DNA of 64,000 nucleotides from a virus, in the IMG/VR virus record IMGVR_UViG_3300012147_000001, positions 8,004-72,003 of that record; one strand, given 5' to 3'. Shown here piece by piece: positions 56,703 to 64,000 of this stretch (position 1 is its first letter; each line of letters opens with the position of its first letter). The position numbers were made by a program, and so were the translations under genes. Below the pieces are notes generated by a model, which did not search any database, was not told the DNA's origin, and saw only the letters and a list, made by a program, of their open reading frames with translations.

Positions 56703-58121
56703 ATGACTATGTCTTATAACAACCCTCTTGGCGGTGTACCATCAACAATTGGGTCGCAAATCAATCAAGACTTTTACCGCAAAGCTGCGCTAAAAGAAAT
56801 TGCTAAAGAACAGTACTTCGGTCAAATGGCTGATGTTACTACTATGCCAAAACATTTTGGTAAAAAAATTAGACTTTACCATTACTTACCGTTACTTGAA
56901 GACGCAAATATCAACGACCAAGGTATTGACGCTTCTGGCGCTACTACTACTCGTCAAGTTACCATCGAAATCGTTCCTGCTGGTATTACTGAAGCCACTA
57001 TTGGTTACACTAATTACTATGCAATCGGTGAAGGTGCTTCTGACGCTGCTGCATTAACTGCTGCTAGAGCTAAAGCTGTTGCAATATTTACTGCACTTGG
57101 TTTATTTGTAACTGATTACGCTGCTACCAAAACTGCTGTTGAAACTGCTGGATGGCAAGTAACAGAAAATACTGGTGTACCTGTCGGCGGAAACCTTTAC
57201 GGTTCTTCTAAAGATGTTGGTTACATCCAAGGTAAATTACCGTTGCTTACTGAGAATGGTGGTCGAGTTAACCGAGTTGGTTTTTCTAGACGAGAAATTG
57301 AAGGTACTATCGAAAAGCTTGGCTTTTTTGATGAATACACTAAAGAATCTCTAGATTTCGATACCGACATGGAACTCGAAATGCACGTTAACCGCGAAAT
57401 GTTGAATGGTGCTAATGAAATTACCGAAGATATGCTTCAAATTGACCTTCTCAACAGTGCTGGTGTGTTACGCTATGCTGGCGCTGCTACTAGTGATGTT
57501 ACTATGACTGGTGAAGGTTCAAATATTTCTGAAGTTTCTTACGATGATTTAGTTAAACTTTCAATCTCGTTAGATGATAACCGTTGTCCTAAACAGACTA
57601 CTATTATCACTGGTTCACGAATGACTGATACTAAAGTTATTCCATCTGCTCGTTATATGTATATCGGTTCTGAATTACTTCCTACTATGGAACGTATGAA
57701 AGATTACCATAACGAACGTGCTTGGATTCCTGTTGAGAAATATGCTCAAGCTGGTATGGTTGCTCGTGGTGAAGAAGGTACTGCTGGTAAGTTCCGTTTT
57801 ATTGTTGTTCCTGAAATGATGAATTATGCTGGTGTTGGTGCTACTGTTGGTACTAACGAAGGGTACAAAGAAACTGATGGTAAGTATGATGTATTTCCAA
57901 TGTTAGCGATTGGTGAAAAATCATTTACTACTATTGGTTTCCAAACAGATGGTAAAACTGTCAAGTTTAGTATTAAACATGCTAAACCTGAGTCTGATGT
58001 GTCTTATGGCGCTCATGACCCATTTGGTGAAAAAGGCTTTATGTCTATCAAGTGGTACTACGGTTTTATGCCATTACGTCCAGAGCGTATTGCTCTAATC
58101 AAGACTGTTGCACGTATCTAA
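56703..58121 (+). CDS. Major capsid protein (N4 gp56-like)
   Basis: MPKHFGK.I..Y.YLPLL.D.N.NDQGIDA.GA, GNLYGSSKD, LTENGGRVNRVGF, SIKWYYG. Confidence 0.96.
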   Translation: MTMSYNNPLGGVPSTIGSQINQDFYRKAALKEIAKEQYFGQMADVTTMPKHFGKKIRLYHYLPLLEDANINDQGIDASGATTTRQVTIEIVPAGITEATIGYTNYYAIGEGASDAAALTAARAKAVAIFTALGLFVTDYAATKTAVETAGWQVTENTGVPVGGNLYGSSKDVGYIQGKLPLLTENGGRVNRVGFSRREIEGTIEKLGFFDEYTKESLDFDTDMELEMHVNREMLNGANEITEDMLQIDLLNSAGVLRYAGAATSDVTMTGEGSNISEVSYDDLVKLSISLDDNRCPKQTTIITGSRMTDTKVIPSARYMYIGSELLPTMERMKDYHNERAWIPVEKYAQAGMVARGEEGTAGKFRFIVVPEMMNYAGVGATVGTNEGYKETDGKYDVFPMLAIGEKSFTTIGFQTDGKTVKFSIKHAKPESDVSYGAHDPFGEKGFMSIKWYYGFMPLRPERIALIKTVARI

Positions 58122-58148
58122 GTAGTATTAGATATAAGTAACTAAAAT

Positions 58149-58174
58149 AATGGGAGCTTTGCGCTCCCATTTTT
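58149..58174 (+). terminator. Intrinsic terminator after MCP
   Basis: AATGGGAGC/GCTCCCATT plus T tract. Confidence 0.85.
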
Positions 58175-58198
58175 CTAACTCTAAAGGTAAATAATAAC

Positions 58199-58816
58199 AT
58201 GAGCACTAATCAATTAGACCCGAAGGAGCAAGCTGCATATCGTGAAGAACTTGAAAATCAAGCTGAACTGTTAGGTGTTAAATATCACCCAAACATTGCT
58301 GACGACAAGTTAATTGAACGAGTGAAAGCTGCCAAAGAAGGGAAGCCCATAGAAGGCAATGCTAATGAAATTATCGAAAAGTCTGACAATGATAAAAACA
58401 CAATTAACATTAAAAATGTGAAACTCATTCCTCAGTCTGAAATGAAATTCGATAAAGAAATTACTGCTGCTGAAGCAAGAAACGAAGCAAGACAATTAGT
58501 ACGAGTTGTTGTTGCGTGTAATGACCCTGCCAAAAAAGAATGGCAAGGTGAAGTTTTAGAAGTAGGTAATAGCGTTATTGGTGAAATACGTAAGTTCATT
58601 CCATTTGGAAGTCCTTGGTATGTACCAAAAGCTTTAATTCGTATGATTGATGATAAAAAATATCAAAAATTTTACACACGTAGAGATAAGCATGGTAACG
58701 AAACTCGTTATGGTGTTAATGAAAAAGCTTTTAATATAAGCTATATTGGCAATTTAGATGATGCTGGTTTGGCTGCTTTAGCTAAAAACCAAGCTGCTAG
58801 AGGAGGTCAAGACTAA
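58199..58816 (+). CDS. N4 gp55-like virion protein
   Basis: A..LGVKYHPNI....L..RV, LVRV.V.C.DP.KK...GE...VGN...G..RKFIPF. Confidence 0.82.
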   Translation: MSTNQLDPKEQAAYREELENQAELLGVKYHPNIADDKLIERVKAAKEGKPIEGNANEIIEKSDNDKNTINIKNVKLIPQSEMKFDKEITAAEARNEARQLVRVVVACNDPAKKEWQGEVLEVGNSVIGEIRKFIPFGSPWYVPKALIRMIDDKKYQKFYTRRDKHGNETRYGVNEKAFNISYIGNLDDAGLAALAKNQAARGGQD

Positions 58817-59715
58817 TGCCAACATTTTTGCCTGAAAGTGTAATAGTACCTGACATTACTGTTTTTAATTTAACTGAAAGTGATTTTAACGGTAATGGTG
58901 TATTTGATAAATTAATGAAGTCTGTTAATTCTCAGATACTTGAACAGTACCAATCAGACCGCATTACTGCTGATAATTACGGTGCTGTTTATCTTGGTTC
59001 ACTTCAAACTGTATTAGCACAATCAGTGCAATTTTTGTTGACTAAGGATAAGGCAGCGTATGACGCTGCTTTGTCACTTACTCAAGTTAAAAACGGTATC
59101 CAACAAATTGAGTTAACAAAAGCTCAAATTGAAGAAATTGAAGCTCAAACAGATAAAATAAGACAAGAAATTGCTGTAAGTATAGATGCACAAACACTTA
59201 TACCGTTTCAGCGTGACAAGCTCTCTCAAGAAATATTACTTTTAGCTGGACAAGTTCGTAAAATAGATAAAGAAAACACTTTAATTGATGAAGAAATTCT
59301 TAAAATTAGACAAGAAATTTTAGTGCTTGAACAAAACGTATTGAATGCTATTGCTCAGGTAGAAAAAACTAATAAAGAAATTGATTTAATTGACCAACAA
59401 ATATTAACTGCTCAAGAGATTGTTCTTAAAACTAGAGCTGAAGCTAACTTACTAGAGCAACGTATTATTACAGAAATTGCTCAAACACAAGACGGTGCTA
59501 CTGGTATTGTTGGTGCTCAAACTTCATTGTATCGAGCACAAACTAAAGGTTTTGCAGATGATTCAATTCGTAAAGGAGTTAAAGCTGCTAACGATGTATT
59601 TGCAATAGCTAAGTCTAATGACCCAGATGCAGTAAATGACCCTACTAACATGCTATCTACGCTAGAGTATTTCTTAACTGTAATGCAAAGCGAACAAGCA
59701 AAAACTACTCCATAA
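58816..59715 (+). CDS. N4 gp54-like tail protein
   Basis: LT.....G.GVFD.LM, central heptad repeats, G..G.Q..LY..Q..GF. Confidence 0.8.
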   Translation: MPTFLPESVIVPDITVFNLTESDFNGNGVFDKLMKSVNSQILEQYQSDRITADNYGAVYLGSLQTVLAQSVQFLLTKDKAAYDAALSLTQVKNGIQQIELTKAQIEEIEAQTDKIRQEIAVSIDAQTLIPFQRDKLSQEILLLAGQVRKIDKENTLIDEEILKIRQEILVLEQNVLNAIAQVEKTNKEIDLIDQQILTAQEIVLKTRAEANLLEQRIITEIAQTQDGATGIVGAQTSLYRAQTKGFADDSIRKGVKAANDVFAIAKSNDPDAVNDPTNMLSTLEYFLTVMQSEQAKTTP

Positions 59716-59729
59716 TATAGGAAGTTCCT

Positions 59730-62015
59730 GTGGGATTATTTTCTAGTAAAAAAGTTATAAACACAGGAACTGCTATATCTCCATTATTAGGTGAAAAACC
59801 TAATTTAATACGTAGTGCTATTCTTAAAGCTTCTTTTAACGACTTACCTTATGTACCTTCAATTGTAGAAGCACTTATATCAGGATATAACATTGACCCT
59901 CGTGCATTTTACGCAGAAGGGGAATCTGGTAGATATAGATTAGGATTACCACAAGGTAATGTACCTACAATACGTATTAGAGAACCAGAAACCCAGACAG
60001 TAATAGCTAATATAGAAGGATTAGATGTTAGTGACATTACTTACACTGCAACTGCATTTAGACAACTTACCGACAATGAAATTGGTTTATACATACTACA
60101 AACAAACTCAAAATATAATTACGACAGACAACAAGGAACATTTGATTCAGGTCTTATAATGACTACAGGGTATATAGCTGAATTTGTTAATGCTGAAGTT
60201 GTTGTTACTAGTCAAGGTTTGAGTCAAGGTGATATAGATGAATTTAATGATTTAGATTTACAAGCTCCTACTGTTCAAGAAACCAGAGATGTTATTATAA
60301 CAGTTAATACTTTTGACCCAAACGATAAAGAAAACACAATATCTTTATTAAGCTTTAATGTACCAATATTTCCACTTGTACCAGAATTAGGTCAAGTAAG
60401 TAATTATCCAAATATTAGAGATTTTGAATCTAATGTAATTATTAATAGGTATGCTATACCTGATGGTAACGGAGGAACTTCAAGAGTATTAATATTTGCT
60501 TATGATTATCTTACTGGAATATACCCAGAATTAAACATCTACAATGAAGTAGATTTAAAAAGTCCTTATTTTCCAATAGTACCTATAAGAATAGATAAAC
60601 AAATGGTAGGTGATATTAACCATGAACAAGCATTATATAAAAACCCAGATTTTATTGATGAAATTGATAATATTTTATCTGATGTAGGTACATCTCTTGA
60701 AAGCATTCAAACCGCTTTAAATGACAATCCAGATGTAGGTGATGTAGATGATGCTTACATTATATTTGGTATTCCTTTTGGTTCTGAACACGATGGTACA
60801 ATAGGTCGTAGTAGTAAAGACCAAGCTACTTTAAAATATTTATTTAATTATTTTACTTATTTACATGATGACGTTCAAATAGTAGATAAAAACAGATTTG
60901 ATTTGTCTTTGGCTCAAGGTAGACCTACTGGCCCAGAATTTAATGTAATACATATAAGAGACTCTGAATTGCTTCAAGCTTTATATTGGAATTATATTAC
61001 TATTGAAGATGTTCCTTGGGATGCTGTAGGAACTGGTGGACGTTTTAACGACAAAGTTTACAGACAAAGTGGTTTATTAAGAAATGACCCACCTGCTACA
61101 AATGAAGATTTTTATTCATCATCTGAATTACATTACTATAAGTATGATGATGTAGCTCAAACTGCTGTTAAAATAACAGTATCAGGTATATACATACAAA
61201 ACGATGTAATAAGAAATAAAGTAGTAGTTAATACTCTATGGGATTCTTTTATTGTAAATGCTGATGCACCTAAAGATGGTTTTTATATTCCAGTATCATT
61301 TAGAACGTTACAAACGTTAAGTAACAGAGAAGCAAATGATGTAGCTTTTGGTTCGTTAATATTAGTTGTTTATGCTTTAAAAGTAACAAAAATAAAATGG
61401 TATCAAAAAGCAAGTTTTTTTAAATTATTAAGAATAGCGTTATTTGTTGTAGCTATAGTAACCGCCAACCCTGCATTATTAACTTTTGATTTAGTAGTAA
61501 GTGAAGTAGCTTTATTAATTATTGAAAGTATTATTGTTAATTTTTTACTAGGAGAAGCTCTTAGTATTATTTTTAGTATATTAGTAGATATTATTGGAGT
61601 AGAAGCAGCAGCAATACTTGCAGTAGTTGCTACACTAATTAGTGGAGGACAAACGTTTGAAATTCTTAATTTAAGTGCTTCAATGCCAACAGCAGTAGAA
61701 ATGCTTCAAATAGCAACAGCACTAGCTGGAGAAATAAATGTTGAAATAGGTGAGCAAATAAATGAATTAGGTCAAAAAACCAAAGACATTATGGAAGAAG
61801 CTGACAAACTTCAACAAGAAATAGACAAAGTAAATGAACAATTTGGTTTACTAGATGTAGGTGTTGACACTAATTGGTTAACACCACCTTTATATAAACC
61901 AGAAAGTCCTGATAATTTTTATTCCAGAACACTAACACCTAATATTGGATTAGCTTCATTAGACGTAATAGATTACTATTACGACAATGCATTAAGTTTA
62001 ATAGTTACCACATAA
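59730..62015 (+). CDS. N4 gp53-like virion protein
   Basis: MGLFSSKK start, YFP.VPIR, K.KWYQ...FK, ESP..FY.RTL. Confidence 0.8.
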   Translation: MGLFSSKKVINTGTAISPLLGEKPNLIRSAILKASFNDLPYVPSIVEALISGYNIDPRAFYAEGESGRYRLGLPQGNVPTIRIREPETQTVIANIEGLDVSDITYTATAFRQLTDNEIGLYILQTNSKYNYDRQQGTFDSGLIMTTGYIAEFVNAEVVVTSQGLSQGDIDEFNDLDLQAPTVQETRDVIITVNTFDPNDKENTISLLSFNVPIFPLVPELGQVSNYPNIRDFESNVIINRYAIPDGNGGTSRVLIFAYDYLTGIYPELNIYNEVDLKSPYFPIVPIRIDKQMVGDINHEQALYKNPDFIDEIDNILSDVGTSLESIQTALNDNPDVGDVDDAYIIFGIPFGSEHDGTIGRSSKDQATLKYLFNYFTYLHDDVQIVDKNRFDLSLAQGRPTGPEFNVIHIRDSELLQALYWNYITIEDVPWDAVGTGGRFNDKVYRQSGLLRNDPPATNEDFYSSSELHYYKYDDVAQTAVKITVSGIYIQNDVIRNKVVVNTLWDSFIVNADAPKDGFYIPVSFRTLQTLSNREANDVAFGSLILVVYALKVTKIKWYQKASFFKLLRIALFVVAIVTANPALLTFDLVVSEVALLIIESIIVNFLLGEALSIIFSILVDIIGVEAAAILAVVATLISGGQTFEILNLSASMPTAVEMLQIATALAGEINVEIGEQINELGQKTKDIMEEADKLQQEIDKVNEQFGLLDVGVDTNWLTPPLYKPESPDNFYSRTLTPNIGLASLDVIDYYYDNALSLIVTT

Positions 62016-62028
62016 CGAGGATTCAACC

Positions 62029-62601
62029 ATGAGCATAAGTGCTTTTCAAATGCCAAATAATACCAACTTAGGCGGAATGAATAATTTTAATACACCAGTA
62101 CCTAATTTTGCTGACATGTTTAATAACATGAATAATATAGGTCAAACAGGAGCTGGTGGAGGTTTTAACCTTGGTGGTATGCAAGGAGTTGACTCTCTTT
62201 CAATGTTTGACCCTAGTAGCCAAATAAGTGGTATTTTAGGTGAAGATTTTGGTAACAATGCTTTTAATGTTAATGCAAATGTAAATGCTGAAGCTGGCGG
62301 TATGTTTGATTTTTTAGACAGTGAGAATTTTGGAAAAATATCTAACGGTATTGGAGCAGCTCAAAACTTATTTAGTTTGTATGCTGGTATGCAAGGTCTT
62401 GGTTTAGCAAAAGATAATTTTAAATTACAAAGTGGTTTAGCTAAAACTAACTTAAACAACCAAGCAAATGTTACTAATGAACGTTTAAGAACACGACAAG
62501 GAAGCCGTTTACGTAGTCAAGGAATTACTGGCGAAGCAAACGAAAAAGCAGTTGCTGAGTTTATGGCTAAAAATAGTGTTTCAGGTAAAGTAGGAGGTTA
62601 A
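62029..62601 (+). CDS. N4 gp52-like ejection protein
   Basis: Gly/Asn-rich; LAK..F..Q.....N..NQ....N.RL..RQ. Confidence 0.75.
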   Translation: MSISAFQMPNNTNLGGMNNFNTPVPNFADMFNNMNNIGQTGAGGGFNLGGMQGVDSLSMFDPSSQISGILGEDFGNNAFNVNANVNAEAGGMFDFLDSENFGKISNGIGAAQNLFSLYAGMQGLGLAKDNFKLQSGLAKTNLNNQANVTNERLRTRQGSRLRSQGITGEANEKAVAEFMAKNSVSGKVGG

Positions 62602-62605
62602 TCTT

Positions 62606-63952
62606 ATGTCTGCAATTACATGGCGTACTGTGCAAGGTGCAAATCAATCAGATTCTAGTAGAATGTTTCAAAATGCTGTTGGTAATGTTAACCAAGGTCT
62701 TAGTGGTTTTCAAGATATGGCTAATACAGCAGCTCGTAAAATGGATGCTGAACAACTTAATGCTGCATTAAACCAAGTAGAGCAACTTACTACAATGGGT
62801 TCAGCTAGAGAAGCACAAAGAAATGGTTTTTTAGATAGTTTATCTCTTAAAAATCCTGAAATGACTAGACAAGTTCGTGATGCATTACAAAGTCAAGCTG
62901 ACACTAATAAAACAGTGTATGACACACAAGTTGCAGAAGATGACAGATTTACTTTTGATGCTATAGAAAAACTTATTGCTAATGACCAATTAGATTTAGC
63001 AGAAGAAACTGCGAGTGATTTAACATTTGGTGGTGGTAGAGCATTAACAGGTGTAAAAAATGCTAAAAAAACCAAAGAAATTAGTAATGCAGAAAAGCAA
63101 TATCAAAATGCAGTGCTTGGTGGTATGCAACAACGACATCAAAGTATTCAAAAAAATTCTAAGTTGTCTGATGACATATTAAAAAATACTCCTTCTCAGT
63201 TTAGAAATGCGTTAGTTATTGATGAAACTACTGGTAAGTTAACAATTAACCCAACATTAGATGAAGCTACTGCAAGACAATATGCTCCAATATTTAATGA
63301 AATTCAGCAATTTCCTTGGTCTGATGTTCAAACTCGTGAACAAGTACAACAACAAAGTATTGGTAATCTTTCTTCTGTACTTGGATTTGAAAGAGCTGGA
63401 AATTTAATTGATGGTGCTAATACAATATTTAATAATGATATTGTTGCTAATCGTGAAATATCACAAAATCAAGCAGCATTAGAAACTCTTCTTGCAGAGC
63501 AACAAGCACAGCTTGGTTACACTAGGGAAGATAATCCTTATAGACCTCCTGTTCCCATTGAAGACCGTAAAACAATTGGTCAAATTGCATTAGGTTATTT
63601 AAAAAGTGCAATTGGTAATGATGCATATTCTGACATTGGTGATGGTGACTTTACTAAATTTACTGATGCTGTGTTTACTGCTGTTAAAAATGCTGGTGGT
63701 AGTGAGGTATCTCCTTCTGCTATAGAAAAAGCATTAGCAGATGACCCACAAGTATTAGAAGCAGCCAAAGAAGGTAATTTAGGTGATTGGTTTGATAACG
63801 TAAACTTAGAAGAGTTTACTGATTCAGTTAAAAGCTTTGATTTAGAAATTAAAACAAGCAACAAAAGTGCTAGAAATAAAGTACGTGCAGATGAAGCTTT
63901 AGTTAGAGAATCACAAGCTGCTTTAGGACAACAAAACGCTAATCGTAGATAG
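62606..63952 (+). CDS. N4 gp51-like ejection protein
   Basis: ITWR.V N-terminus; position between gp52 and vRNAP. Confidence 0.7.
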   Translation: MSAITWRTVQGANQSDSSRMFQNAVGNVNQGLSGFQDMANTAARKMDAEQLNAALNQVEQLTTMGSAREAQRNGFLDSLSLKNPEMTRQVRDALQSQADTNKTVYDTQVAEDDRFTFDAIEKLIANDQLDLAEETASDLTFGGGRALTGVKNAKKTKEISNAEKQYQNAVLGGMQQRHQSIQKNSKLSDDILKNTPSQFRNALVIDETTGKLTINPTLDEATARQYAPIFNEIQQFPWSDVQTREQVQQQSIGNLSSVLGFERAGNLIDGANTIFNNDIVANREISQNQAALETLLAEQQAQLGYTREDNPYRPPVPIEDRKTIGQIALGYLKSAIGNDAYSDIGDGDFTKFTDAVFTAVKNAGGSEVSPSAIEKALADDPQVLEAAKEGNLGDWFDNVNLEEFTDSVKSFDLEIKTSNKSARNKVRADEALVRESQAALGQQNANRR

Positions 63953-64000
63953 TCGATGACTATGTAAAATGTAATGTGATATGCTCTACCTAATAATAAT

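Noticed and set aside
63991-64000. Window end TAATAATAAT matching window start TAATAAT as a circular junction
   Set aside because: Low-complexity 7-mer; joining leaves an in-frame TGA and most of vRNAP missing
1-64000. tRNA genes, integrase, reverse transcriptase/DGR, stop-codon recoding
   Set aside because: No cloverleaf or catalytic motifs seen by eye, and core genes are intact in the standard code; tRNAscan-SE would be needed to exclude tRNAs

Overview
AT-rich, circularly permuted stretch covering most of an N4-like phage genome (Schitoviridae), probably infecting a Gram-negative host. It starts with the C-terminal part of the giant virion RNA polymerase (+). The middle and early genes follow on the minus strand: resolvase, SSB, AAA ATPase, primase, exonuclease, family A DNA polymerase, helicase, MoxR/vWA pair, rIIA/rIIB, ThyX, dCMP deaminase, dUTPase, two-subunit RNAP II, and gp2- and gp1-like genes. 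A non-coding strand switch at about 33.2-33.8 kb is the probable genome end. The + strand late arm carries tandem wHTH genes, a putative anti-defence cluster, terminase, tail and lysis genes, portal, capsid and gp55-gp51-like genes. Notable signals: hairpin promoters with T-GAA-A loops; structured elements with GNA triloops and tandem GA pairs upstream of sigma70 promoters; several candidate ncRNAs, one preceding an HNH gene; a bL12-like domain; and a cluster of candidate nucleotide-signal sponge proteins. All family assignments come from recalled motifs and synteny, not database searches. No tRNA, CRISPR array, integrase or reverse transcriptase was seen.
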